Assembly (NCBI GenBank): GCA_018398765.1
Contig: JAHBMJ010000407.1
Location: 1-48,337, forward strand
Direction of reading: 5' to 3'
From: Chromera velia
Lineage: Eukaryota
DNA: 48,337 nt
Of this stretch, positions 23,263 through 35,725 are shown piece after piece; the first letter of the stretch is position 1; each line of letters starts with the position of its first letter. The position numbers and the translations under genes were made by a program. A model generated the notes under the pieces. The model worked only from the letters and a program-made list of their open reading frames with translations. It was not told the DNA's origin and ran no database searches.

Positions 23263-25610
23263 AAAAAAGAAAGGAAGAAAGAAAGAAAGAAAGGAAGAAA
23301 AGAGAAAGAAGGACAGACTGAGGGAACACACACAGCTACTTACGAAGGCAATCGGAGATCGCCCGTGCGCCTGCAACAGGGTGCTTTTTGAGGAGAAGTG
23401 TGAAGATCTCCCTCAGTTTCTTCTCATTTTCGCTCATACCTTAAATCAGGTGCAAAACAGGTGCAAAATAAGGTGTACCGTTTACCATATGACAGCTAGG
23501 TTTCTACGGTTGATTTTTAGTGTTTTTAGCGGCCAAAAGGCACCTCATTCAACGCCTAAAAGCTTTTTATGGTGCAGCATAGCTACATAAACTTTTACTG
23601 TGCAAAACCATATAAAATGTTACTAGAAATATTAGTGAAAAGACGAAAAGAAAACAAAATCTTGCATGCAATTAAAGACTATATATCTCTGACTATATCA
23701 TGACTTTGGTCTCTTTCTGGATCTCTTTTTTTCATTTAAAACCTGTTCAATGCTTTGTATGTATGATTTATAGCGTTTGAATATGTTTGGCGCCGTTTGC
23801 GTGCTGCATCGTAGTCCAGTTGCGTCTTAGCTTATACGATCCATAAATCCTTCAAACTGCATACGCATGCTACTTTGGAGCAAACTCCTGAAGAAAGCAA
23901 CCACAAATGGTGCGTTTTCATGAAAAAGAAAAAGAAAAAAGAATGAAACAAAGGAAGGTTTTTTTGGATTTCGTCTCTGAGCAAGGGTAAGCGAGGGCCT
24001 GATCTTAAAGGCTCAGAGCCCAGCCCCGTCATACCTTAGCTCTCTTCTTCACTCACCCCCCTCCCCAAAACGACAACGGAGAACAAAAACTAGACAAGAA
24101 AGAGGAAGGAGAGAAAGAAGAAGAGGAGAAAGAAGAAGAGAGAGCAGGCTCCTCACAGACTTTCTTTCACTTAAAGTCCAACTTGAAAATCGACCTCAGA
24201 CTGAGTACTATGACGTCTTTCTTCCCTAGAAACTCCTCGGGTTTGATGCAGGCTGGTTGAGGTGGAGGGGAGGCTTTGGTTTTTGATTTGAGTTTGGCTT
24301 TGAAGAATGAGAAAAACATGGACAGAGTCGGACAGGTGCAATTCCTAACCCCAGACCCTCTTCTTCCGACTGACCCGGCTTAATTCATGATGTTCATCCA
24401 GACTAACATGTCTTTTCATACCCTCCTGAGCCACCTGCAAGGATCTACGCGGCTGGTACAAGTATTTTCTCCGTCTTCAGATCTAAAAGAAGGCTCTCTC
24501 TGTTCTTGAACAGCTTCTCTTTTGTTTGCTGACATTTGTGTGAAGCCGTCTATCTGGACAGGGCCCCAGTTTATGAAATTGAGAAGTGATTAACTGCAGT
24601 GACCGGTATACAGGACCGGTATGACTGATGACTCGTAAACGAAGGGATGAACGCCCCTACAAAAGCTGCACTTCCCTTTACAGACGGTCTTCAAACCTTC
24701 TGGAAGTACCAAATGCAACGAGAAGCCGTGGTATGACAGAAAGTCAGATATAGATCTGTATATAAGCATACAAACTTGACGAGCCATCAGCAGACGGAAG
24801 TGACAAATGGTTCCACTCTCTGATGCAAAGCAGCAAATTGAATGATCAAACCAATTGCACTCTTACTGACCAAGATAGATCGAGCCTGCCAATCGTAAAG
24901 AGCGCTCGGCACCAGGTTTCAAAAGTCCTTACCTGCAACCAAGAGGGACGTACCTTCATGTATGCGTGTTCCCATATGTGTGCCGTTTCTGCTTCTTTTC
25001 TTCATATTAATATGAAAAAGAATATCCGTACAACTCTGTGTTGGCATTCATCCTTGATTACTAAAGGTCGACGAAGCTGTTTTCCTCCCGGCAAACCGTT
25101 TAGCATTGTGTGATTATTTTGTAAACGGACTCAGTCTGCTTGCACAGCTTCTTGACTTAAACCTGTTGTTCTGATCCTTTTACCTTTGTGTGCTCCTCGT
25201 TGCTATGCGTGCACATGCAGTCGTTTCTGTTATATAGGGCAGCCCATAAAACAGTGCTCATGCTGCAAAGCGAAGAGGTTCTCACATGATATAGCTAGAC
25301 TTAATTTCATACAGCGTATATGCGTTATCGAACGTGCATTCGTTCATGCATGCAGTGAGCCTTGCAGCCGATTTTCATCTCAAAAATCGGGTGATCGGAT
25401 TTGTTCCATGCACCGCGGCCCGGCAACACGCGCGCGTTTGGGGCCGCGAGGAGCCGCAAAAGCAGGGCCGTGACGCGTTGCATGACCATGACGCTGACAC
25501 TTTTCACTCAATTCCATTCTATCAGGTGCAAAACAGGTGTATCATGTGCATCTGGTACAAAACAGGTGCATCTGGTACAACTGTCTGGTTTGCACCTTTT
25601 CCAAGCCTTA
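21843..25610. mobile_element. TIR DNA transposon (hAT-like, non-autonomous or decayed) inserted in the 3' LTR
   Basis: 8-bp TSD ATTAACAG (21835-21842, 25611-25618; single copy in the 5' LTR). Imperfect 20-bp TIR TAAGGCTAAAAAAAGGTACA vs TAAGGCTTGGAAAAGGTGCA. Subterminal CAGGTGCA repeats at both ends. No intact transposase. Confidence 0.88.
21897..23630. repeat. 193-bp direct repeat (21897-22089, 23438-23630) flanking a 1.35-kb insert
   Basis: The two copies are colinear with 10 mismatches; the insert begins with (GAT)4. Confidence 0.88.
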
Positions 25611-25618
25611 ATTAACAG

Positions 25619-25719
25619 GACAACTCTCCTAGATCAGACTTTCTACGACACTTATAGCCACTGAACTCGAATGCCCATCTTAGCTATTAGAGTTCAGAGA
25701 GCCCCGAATATAGCTAACA
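25619..25719 (+). repeat. 3' LTR, right part
   Basis: Matches 16138-16238, ends in CA, and is followed by the TSD AATCC. Confidence 0.92.
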
Positions 25720-26052
25720 AATCCTGTAATCTAGAGTTAATTAGTTCACATAAAATAAGATCAAAATTCTTTCTATCAGACGGAGTATATCATGGAGACC
25801 TGGTTTTAGATGAGACTTTGGAGCTATCGTATCTTATCTTATCTATAGCAATATATATTATTCAGATCGTAATGGATCGTAATGATAAATATAAACATAT
25901 AGAGTTGCAAATTATTAATGTTTGCATCATAGTTTACATGAATTACAATCTCAATAGACCTAGAGATAGACACTGTTTGAGAGTTTCAGGCTATTCCAGG
26001 CTAGGATCTATGTCTCTAATAACTGGCTATTAACAGCTCTTTAGACAATGCT

Positions 26053-29000
26053 TCAGAAAAACCTTGTCATGGAAGTTGTCGACTTCAACAGTTTCCCCTC
26101 TGCATGAGCAGCATCCTGCAGAGCCCTCACAGAGGTACTAAATTCTCTCTGCTGCTCTATACTCTCCAATCCTTCCTGTCCATCCAAATGCAGATCTGTC
26201 AGCTGTGGAAGTGACTGAGGAGTGAGAACGTCAAGGAACGCCCAGACCCCTTCAAGGCTGATCCTGTTATGGTTCAAAACCAGCAAACGGAGCTTTGGAC
26301 ACTGGTAGGCAGAGCAAGCCTCCCCCCACCTCTTCAGCCTGCCATCGTCAATCTCGCAATCTTGAAGGAGCAAAATCTCCAAGTGAGAAAGCTTCCCCCC
26401 TGACACGCCCCCCCCGCTAGCGGCAAGAGAAGCCAGTGCTTCTTCCCCGATTCGCTCCCCCCTCAAATCGAGATAATCTGCACAATGCGGGAGTCCTTTC
26501 TCACTTTCGGCAATGGCTCTGATCAAGCCATCAACGTTTGTCCCTGTTGCCTCTTCATGGAGGCAGAACTCCACTCGCTTCAGCTGAGGCGGGAACCTCC
26601 CCGCCCTCACAGGGTTCCCCAGAGCCCCCCCCTACCCCCTCAACATCAAGAAGAAATGGAATACGATAGTGAAGCCAACGCAGAGAGACGAGAGACGGGA
26701 GTTTGCCTGATCCCAAAACAGCGGCTACCACCCCTCCCGCCTCCTCTGTATTTGTATACAACAGTTTCGGTTTTAGCAGTCCCTTCTCGCTCTCAACAAT
26801 TGCGTGCATGAACTCTGCCCAAACCTCTTTCCTCACATCCTTATTCCCGGAGAGGTCCAAATTAGACACTCCCACAAGAGCCCCCCCCCTCACGGCCTCA
26901 GCCAGCCCCCTAAGGGCCTCATCAGTCAGATGGGACTTTGACAAGTTGATGTCTGAAAGTTTTCCTTAAGTCCCAACTTCCCGGACATCAAGGCCGTCCC
27001 CAGTGACCCCCCCCCTCCCCCGCTCGCGTCCCTGACAGATCTAGCTTTTCCAGAAGGGGCAGCCCTTCTTCACTTTCATTTATCCCCTTCATCATCAGAT
27101 CCTCCCACCCGGCCCCCCCCGTGACTGAACATTCAGTCAGGCGAAGGCTCCGAAGCCCCGACAGATTCCCAACCCTGAACGCCTGTGCAAAGTGGGTCAC
27201 TGCTGCTTCTGTGCACTCAAGGCGGTGGAACCCCAGCTCAGAGAGAAGGGGAAGTTTCACGAGACTGAGTGCTGTGAAGACTGCTGTGTTCCCCTCCCAA
27301 TCCCCCCCTTCCAGACCTTCAACATGTACATTCAATTCCCGAACAGAGCCCAAACGCCCCATCTCAATCGCGTTATCCAGCAAGCTCAGTCCTTCGTTTA
27401 GTTCGACTTCCTGAGGTTGATCACCTGTTTCTTGAGTATCTTCCTGATATAGATCAGGAAGATACTCAAGAAATAGGTCAAAACTCTCAAAAGGGGGGAG
27501 ATCTTGAGCTCGCACGATCTCTTCCAAAAACATTTTCACTTTGTTGTTGAAAATGTCGACTTTCAAAGTGCGCAGACATGGGTGTCTGCCTGCACCGAGG
27601 GCACGCACGTCTTCTTCATCAATAAGGTTAGACGACGCGTCTTCTTCATCGAGAATGTAAGACGACAAATAAAGCTGCACATCAAGGTTGGGTGGGCGCT
27701 CGACGGAGGCGACACTCAGGGCGCAGAGGAAGGCTTTGACGTGCTCTTGAACAACGCATAAGCTGTCCCGCAGATTCACCACCCCCAGATGAGGCACTGT
27801 TTCCTTCCGCAGAGCCCTCTCTAATGGGCCTACACAACTGCCGCTCCGGAGAAAGTTCCCCTCTAGATCAAGCCTTTCTAACCTCGGTACGTCCCCCCTT
27901 CCCATACAATCCGCCAGATCCTCGACGTCCGTATCTGACAACATACACCACCTCAGTCTGAGCACTTTGATACATTTCAGAGAAGCGGCACATAGAACTG
28001 AGCACAGCCTCTCCATCCCACCCCCCCCCAACGCGCTGCATCAAAGATTCAGCGTCTCTACTGTCAGCGCCGTCCCTCCGATCGCCCCGCACAACACACC
28101 CAGACCTTCATCGTTCAGCCCCGTCCCCTCGAGGTCCAAATTCAGGAGAGACAAAGCCCTCCCCTCGTTCATCCACTCTGCCAGTCCCCTGAATCCGTCA
28201 GTGCCGAGACGGTTGCCTGCCTCAAAAAAAAAATACGTAAGATTGAAGGAATTTAGGCCAAAGAAAATGAGGAGACACAGGAGACAAACACACATGCATG
28301 TGAAAGTCTCTTTCCGCACCTCTCTGTGCAAGCTTCTTTTTTCTTTTCGCTCGAGTACCTCTAACACGTGGAGCAACGGCTCAATGCAGAGTCTCCTCTT
28401 TTGTGGGGGGGCAGACTCAGTCGGACTGTGTAAACAGAACGTGTCTCCATCTCCCACCCCCTTCCCCTTCCCCTTCTCGTGAGCCCGAGGCACGCTCCTT
28501 GCAAATGAAGGAAGGAAGTGAAAGAAGTAAAGTTGGGAAATGTTGGACACTCGAGAGGAAGAGGAAACGTCCCTGTGAGAGAGATTTGATGAACTTTCTG
28601 ACTTTTGTGAATGAGCTGCTCGATGGAAGAGCCTGCTGACTAACCTTTCAAATTGAGTGTTTCAAGGGAATAAGGCAAAACCGCAAAGATGACCTGGGCT
28701 TCTGAGGGGCCGACTGTCCCAGCTGCGAGGACGGACGGACATTCAGAGGCGGGGAGACAGGGGAGGGGCAAGGGGGAGGAATTAATTCAAAATCCCTTTT
28801 CTGTCGTTCGAAGGGACATGCAGCGGAATGAATCAGAGAGGACGGATGGACTTCAGAGTTTAAATCCCCTTTTCGTTCATCCAAAAGAAAGTGCCGTGAG
28901 GAAGGGGGGGAGGGAGAGGATTGCAAAACGTTAATTCCCTTTGTCTTCTTTCGAAGGCATGTGTTTCTCAACGCCTTTCTGCCCAATGGTAATGAATGTT

Positions 29001-29454
29001 CAACTTTGCAGATCATAGAGGCACACATTGATCCCCCAAGCTCACCTGCAAAGCTGATCGAGACTCTTCAGACAGAACCGATCCGTCTCCCCTTCCCCCG
29101 AAGAATCCCCCGCGACCCCACCTCTCTCCAGGAAGAGATGAAGAAGAGGAAGAGCTGGACCTTTCACGGCAGAAGAGCCTGCAAGAAAACACAAGCAAGC
29201 AAATCTAATTCGCACAACCAGACCAGTAAGAAACATTGAAAGCACCCTACCGAATCTCGCAGTCACTGTAAGCACACCGCAACACATACGTACGTCCAGT
29301 TAATCAAAAGCACACAGAGAATCCAAGCATGTCTAATATTTACATAAGAGGCACTTCCCTTCCCCCGCCGCTGCCCCCCCCAGTTTCAACTCCTCCACTG
29401 ATTTCGGGAGCTGATCTAACAGGAAGAAGATCCTCCGGGAGGCGAGACTGCAAC
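26053..29454 (-). pseudogene. Leucine-rich repeat (RNI-like) protein pseudogene
   Basis: Many LxxLxLxxN/C repeats (LLNLDLEGTGLNDEG, LERLDLEGNFL, LEKLDLSGTRAG, LRLLVLNHNRISLEG). Large exon from 28216 has an in-frame TGA at 28041 and frameshifts near 27010 and 26620. Upstream exons 29046-29178 and ~29358-29454. Confidence 0.82.
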
Positions 29455-31199
29455 CTGCACGCACCTCAAATGAAGACAGCCCGATCATTTCGGTGTCTCC
29501 CCAGACGCCTGAGTTTCTCAAAATAAATTCAGAAAATTCAAAAGAGGTAGCCCGATCATTTTGGTGTCTCCCAAATGCCTCGATCAGTCACTGCATTAGA
29601 AGAGACCCATCTCCACATACCCCGACACGCAAACACATCCGGCCAATAGACGCCATTTATCAGCACAGGAGGGATGAAAGCACCCGGTATCATGAGCCAA
29701 GAGCAGAAACGAAAACAGAGACATTGAAAAACGGAGAAAAACACTTATTCTAGCTCAAATTCACTACGCAGCACGCTGACACACTGACCTAATAAATCGA
29801 GAAAGCGCAGAGACCCCCTCAGAGCTCTCTTCTGCAAAGCAACGCCGAGGAAAGGAAGGAAGTTAACGAGAGAACAAACAAAGGAGCTCAGAAGGGAGTA
29901 AAAGAAGATCAGCTCGGAAGGGAGGGAGAGACTGCCACAGCAGCAGCATGAGACTGAATTTCCAACTACCAGTCTGTGCACAACCGAACAGGGTCAGCTC
30001 AAAGTCAGTGATATTCCACGAATACACTCACCTTTTTGACGGAAGAAAGGCAGAGCTACGCCAGCCCACAGCCACTCCGATTTGACGCCATCTCCGACAC
30101 GCCCTGCAGAAATGACCGGAAGTGAAATCAAGAGGAGCGGGACAGAAAAACTGCACAGACTTGAAGAACAGGAGGGGACACCAGCAGTCAGGCAAGAGAC
30201 GCCAGGCAGAACACCGACCACTAGATCGATGCCACCAACCTCAGAGGTGGGTCCAAGCCTTAGCAAGAAATACCAAAGCGGAGTCTTTGCTGACGGTTAC
30301 ACGGCACTGGTGGAGGTCAGATCCTGAGTCATGCCCTCTCTTTCTCCTGCAAGGAAAAACAGGGAAAGAAGGTACAGAAAAATCTCGCAGTGAAAACCCT
30401 GATTTGGAGCTAGAAGAAACTCTCGTTCAGGTTGCAGAACGCGGTGAGAAATCCATACTCGAAGCAGAGACTTGCGGCTTCAAATAGAGACGTTTAAAAG
30501 GCGAGAGCGTACTGCAACAGATTGTGGGAAATGATGGGGAATGGACTTGCTTTGCCTGAATTACAATGAAGCAGATCAGCAGTCACCTGAAGTCATGTCA
30601 GAGATTGTCAGATCGAGCTAGCTATATAGCTGTACGTATCGCTCGCGAGCAGAATGCAGCAGATTTAATTGTTGCTTGTGGGGCACGTATCCAAAACCTT
30701 GGAATGCATGCATGCATGGCTCGTGGCGACATGCTTCTGACGCAAGCAAGCTTGCGAACGGCCCCGGAAACCAAGAAAAATGAGAACTTCACGATTGACG
30801 CACGCATGCCAGCCGATCAGGCAGTCGCGCTGACCCCCCCCCCCCNCCCCCCCCCCGCGGGAAAAGCCGCAGAACCCCCCCTCCCCCAAGAAAAAAGCCC
30901 GGGGATGCAGCCTGTCGCTTTCCGGGGCCACTGACGCACGCATGCATGACAACGCGGGTTCATGCACGTTTTTATGAACCATTTGGGGCGGGATCTTTCT
31001 GGGGCCTTTTTTTAGCGAAAATCGGGTAATCGGGTCTAAAGTTCACCTAACGCACGCACATTTGACGTACATTCAGCCTTTCGGGGCCGGGGTTTTGCCA
31101 AAAAACAGCGTGCACGTGGGCTGGGGTATTTCTGTTTTCTAAGTGCCCCCCGCTTCGTTTAGCCGCACAATCAGAGCGACATGCATGCACTTGAAATGC

Positions 31200-33007
31200 G
31201 CATTCCTCGCAGGCTACTATGTGGGGCATTTATGGATGACGTATCCATGGTTTTCCCACTCAGCTCGACCCACTACCAAGATGACAGCATTCTTCATGCC
31301 TGGAGAGTCAGTGCCGCACGCCTACAAGAGTTTGGCCTAACGCTCCATCCAGGTAAGAGTTCTGTTCACTCCCCCCTATAGTGACACATACAACAGTGTC
31401 CTTATACCTGCCCTCTAGGAATCGTCCCGTCTTTGACGGGTTTTCGTTTGTGTGGGGCGGCGAATGGGACTACAGCCTACGAGAGAGCCTATTTCCAGGA
31501 GAAAGTGGATAAGGCGAAGGCGTTGGGGAAAGCGATTGAGGAGTATGGTGACCCACAGGGGGCGCATCTCCTTTTTCGTTTTTGTGTGTTGCCGAAGCTC
31601 GTCTATCTCACCCACATCATGGGGGATGTGATGTAACGCGCCGACTGGGTGGCGGCGGATAGAGAGTTGGGGGAGTCGTGGGTAAGGGTGATGGGGTTCT
31701 CCCCGATAGAGTGGGGGCAGATGAGCGAGCAAGCGTACCTACTACAGTACCAGGGGGGATTGGGGCTCACTTACTTTGATATAACTGCGGCAGCGGGGTT
31801 GGTGGGGTCCTGCGCGATCACTTTGGAAGTGGTGGTTGCTCCATTGGCTGGACAGTCGTTTCTGGGCCCCGTGGTCTCCATCCAGGACCACCGGCAAGCT
31901 TTTCTCTCACTCTCTTGGCTGGTTGCATGTAAAGATGCCTTCAAAACGGCTCAGCAGATGACGAAAGACATCAAGCTCAAGGCAGACCATCCCCTTCGTA
32001 AGCTGTGGGACGATCAATCGCAGCGATGGTGGTCCCATGGGGACTAGTACATTCAGCAGAAGGTCGGAGACGCCCTGAATCGCGCGCGCCGTACATGGCT
32101 TTTTTATTGTATGCCAGTAGAAGAGCGTGTTCGGCTGCATTCATGCTCTCAGACTGGTAATGGAGCGTCGAGCTGGTTGAGCGCCATCCCGTCCTCAGGC
32201 TGGCTTCGTTTCCCCCCTGCTGTCTACCGTGTGGCTCTTCGTGTCAGGCTGGGCCTGTCGATCCCTGAGATGCGGAGGGCGGGGGTTTGTGCATGTGGGG
32301 CCGCGCTGGATATTCGGGGCCACCATGCTCAGAAGTGCCCAAATGGAGGGGGGGTGGTATGGAGGCACGAACAGGTAAAGGGTGCCTTTATGGAGATTCT
32401 TCAAAGACTCCGTCACACTCATATATTAGAGGAGACCACTTTTACCAGTCTTTTGGGTATCTGGAGGTCGCTCGCTACAGACAGCCGCCTCCCTGATCGC
32501 CGCCATAAGTGACTAGACATCTTCGCCTCTCTTTCGACAGGTGATACGATGGTTGCTGATGTGTCTGTTACTTTTCTCATTTCTTTTGATGCCGCCCGCC
32601 TGCGTACACAAGCAAAAACTGCAGGGGCAGCAGCCAGGATGAGGAGTGAGGAGAAGACATGAAAGTATGCAACAGCTGTACGTTCGGTAAGGCTTCGTTT
32701 CGTCCCTCTCGTTTTCGAATCGTTTGGTCGCCCTGATAAGGAAACGGTCTCCTTTGTCAAGGAACTTGTTACCGTTGCAATGAATCGGGCAGGTGTGGTG
32801 TTAGAGACGAGCATGAACACTGTGCGGTCTTGTCTGACTGATCGGTATTGGAAGATCTTAGGCTGCACGCTGCAAAGGTATGTGGCGATCAATATCCTGA
32901 CCTCTGCTTTCCATGACAGGGGTCAGCGCGACCCTTTCCAGCCGGCATCTCTTCTAGGGCGGGAGCTCTCCACACAGCTCTCCTACGATCGGGAGGTGTT
33001 TGTATAG
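31200..33007 (+). mobile_element. 5'-truncated non-LTR retrotransposon with C-terminal restriction-like endonuclease (CRE-like clade)
   Basis: One frame with six stops. RT motif AFMDDV (~31226-31243), GLTLHPGKS, QGGLGL, ASSWLSAIP, RVALRVRLGL, CCHC finger CACG..HHAQKC..WRHEQV, and RLE motifs K*LDI..VADVSV..EEKT*KY..FVPLVFESFG. Confidence 0.9.
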
Positions 33008-35239
33008 GGAGGGACTGAGCAGGCAGCCTAGGCAGGCAGCATAGGCGTCTACGCCGTGAGAGTGTTTTTTTTTTTTAATGGTTCGTTTTGTTTTTGCATG
33101 CATGTGGTAGTCAACTTCGATTCTGATGGTATATGGTTTTCTTTGTTGGTTTTATGTGCCCTCTTTGTGTATTAGCATGTTCGTCTGTGATCCGTGGGGC
33201 TTTTTTTATACGTGTTTGAGAGCTCATTCGGTTTTTTGGATCTCTTTGTATTTCATATGAGGAGTCTGCTCCGTGTTTTCTCTTCATGTCGAAAGCTTCT
33301 CATGTTCTTATGAACAATGACGGGAGCTTGAGCTTGAGCTTTATACTCGTCTGTACGTCCTGTTTTGTACTCGATTTGGCGTTGTCTTTCCTAGTTCCCT
33401 TTTGTGCGTGTGCTGTTCTTTGGTGTGTTCTGTTCTTCAGCATTTCTTTGTCATGTGTCGTCGTGCAACGCCGTGTTTCCGCTTGAGCATGCCACCGTGG
33501 AGTTCGTTTCCCCGTATTTCACTGATCGATTGCTGCAGCCCAGTCGTATTCTAGAGTCGTATTATCAAACCACCCTAGGGTTCTTACATTGCTCTGACTT
33601 TCTAGCTCCTAGCGTACCTGTGTATGTCGAACTTCACCGGTGGTTTATACTGGGCGGTGAGCTCTGTGATGATGCCATGTCGCAGATAGCCACTAGGCTC
33701 GGGTATATCGGAGGCCTTTGCTGTCGGGTATGTCGTGTCTGCGGCTGGAGAGCCATTTTAGGCTCTTGTACAAGCACGCAAGCGGGACTAGTCAGACCGA
33801 TATAGCGTGGATCGTTTTGCGATCCGCCAGTATAATTGGACGACTCGAACCGCAACCCCCCTGAGCTAATCGTAGCTAACGTCACCACCGCTAGTCACCA
33901 CCGCTATCAACCCGTGTGGACAGATCTTAACAGATCTAGTCTGCTGGATGGGTGAGTGGGGTGTATGCATAACTGCCCACAATTATGAGGGGAAAAAAGT
34001 GGTAGTACCCCCCTGACAATATCGACTAAAGCTTTTTAGGACATTCAAGTTTAGCCTAAGTTTTGCACTTTTCATTTATAAAGTTTAAGTCTTTTCCAAA
34101 GTTCTGCGCTACGTCAATCTTTACTAGTGTTCAATACCACAGTGTAACCACATAATATCTTATATAAAATTTGACAGTCAGTCTAGGGTCTGACACTTTG
34201 TGAGGGTACCCTTGGTTTAAAGTTAGGTTTTTCAATAAAAACTTAATTTTTTGATGTTTTAAAAGAGATTTTTGGAGCTCAATTTGCTAAAAAAGCTTAA
34301 AAAATGCTAAAATATAGGGTCGAGTGGCTAAGGTTAGGGTAGGTTAAGGTAGGTTTAGATCAATTAAAAACCTATTCGCTATGTCAGGTTTAGAATTGGT
34401 TTGGAAACTATGGTCGTACCAGACTCAAACCTTCCAAACCTCTTCAAACCTGTCTAAACCTAGTCAAACTTCTGAAATCTGTATGTGAATGATCTGTTAA
34501 AAACATATTTTATACGTTTTTGCTGGTAGGACCACGTCTGTGACACTCTGCGCATGAGCGTTTCAGGAAGGGGATACAGCTTTGCTCACATCAGCATTCA
34601 CAACAGCCGCTGCATTCTCCTTGTCCTGCCCCCCCCCCCTTTTTCCCTCTCTTCTTTCCCGGCACGATCTTTGTTTGCTTGATCGCCTCTCCGTGGAAAC
34701 CACACACATAATTGAGGAATTTGGAAACCCACTGCACTAAACATTGATGGCGGCTTACGAATTGAAGATAGAGAATTGAAGCAAGTTGACTGGGCGTTTG
34801 AAAAGGAAATTGCACCTCTGGAGAAGTCTGTTGAAATATGAAAGAATGAAGGTAGCTTTTGTGTTCTTAACTTTATTCTACATTCGTTAAATGATCGGTT
34901 TGTCTGATATTTCCTAGTAAAATACCAGCTTATGTTTGCTTTACATCTTCTCTATGTTCATGCAAAAGCCATTTGGAACCAGTTTCAGACAGGTTTAGAC
35001 AGGTTTGGTCAGCTTGGGGGATTAGGTTTGCAAACCGACGTCATGAGCGTTTGCGAACCTCAGAGGGCAAATTGACTTTCCTATATATAAAAGGTTATAA
35101 GATTTAATTTAAAAAGTTGTATTATCATAGGAATAAGGTCAGTTCATCCTAAAAACCTTAAAAAACCACTTTTTAGAGTTATAGCTAATCAGAGTGACAC
35201 ATACCCTTAGCGCATGCCGACAAGCATGAAGAGAACGAA

Positions 35240-35568
35240 GAGCTGTTGGCGTTACATTTGATTTGATGTATATGTAGGTGCGTGTTGGTGTTGCATTATA
35301 TTGCATGCATGCTAGTGTTGCTTTTTAAGGCCTCTCGCATGATGCATAGCAAGAATAATCTGCGCGTGCGCACGTTTGACCACAAAATTCGATCAAAAGC
35401 ATGCGTGCATGATTGCATTGGATCAAGTGACTGTGGCTAGCCGGATAGCTTTCTTTTGAAGCATCCTTGCTTGTCAGTCACAACAAACTGAGACCTTAAA
35501 AAGAAAGTCGGCGCAGTGAAGACTACTGACTAGATTGTCCATCTAGCCTACAGCTTATCTTATAAGCT
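35240..35568 (+). repeat. 5' pseudo-LTR of the Penelope-like element
   Basis: Colinear with 40661-40989, 14 mismatches. Confidence 0.92.
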
Positions 35569-35725
35569 AGTTTGTACGCGGTGTGAATCCCTGTTTGGGA
35601 ATGTCATATTGCAGCAGATTCAGATTCAGACTAATGTAGCCTTGTCACGTTTCCAGTTTCCAGTTTCCAGTTTCCAGGTTTTGAGCTGAACTCTACTGTT
35701 GTCGATATGTGTTTTTTCTGAGAAG

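Larger units (their letters stand above)
15961..25719 (+). mobile_element. Ty3/Gypsy chromovirus-type LTR retrotransposon (degenerate); 3' LTR interrupted by a TIR element
   Basis: 278-bp LTRs (15961-16238; 21666-21842 plus 25619-25719), 5-bp TSD AATCC (15956-15960, 25720-25724), domain order gag-PR-RT-RH-IN-chromodomain. Confidence 0.95.

Noticed and set aside
23900..25500. Transposase remnant in the hAT-like element
   Set aside because: Only weak fragments (e.g. LQTFWKYQ); no convincing DDE or dimerisation motif by eye.
30690..31200. TGCATGCA-rich segment as an ApiAP2 site cluster or MITE
   Set aside because: No TIR or TSD found, the motif can arise by CpG decay of CGCG runs, and there is an assembly N at 30846.
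33404..33888. ORFs of 133 aa (+) and 84 aa (-)
   Set aside because: No recognisable domain; probably decayed repeat sequence.
35488..35530. CTGAGA..GAAAGTC..GACTA in the pLTR as a hammerhead ribozyme
   Set aside because: The core lacks N7 of CUGANGA and has no adjacent stem I.
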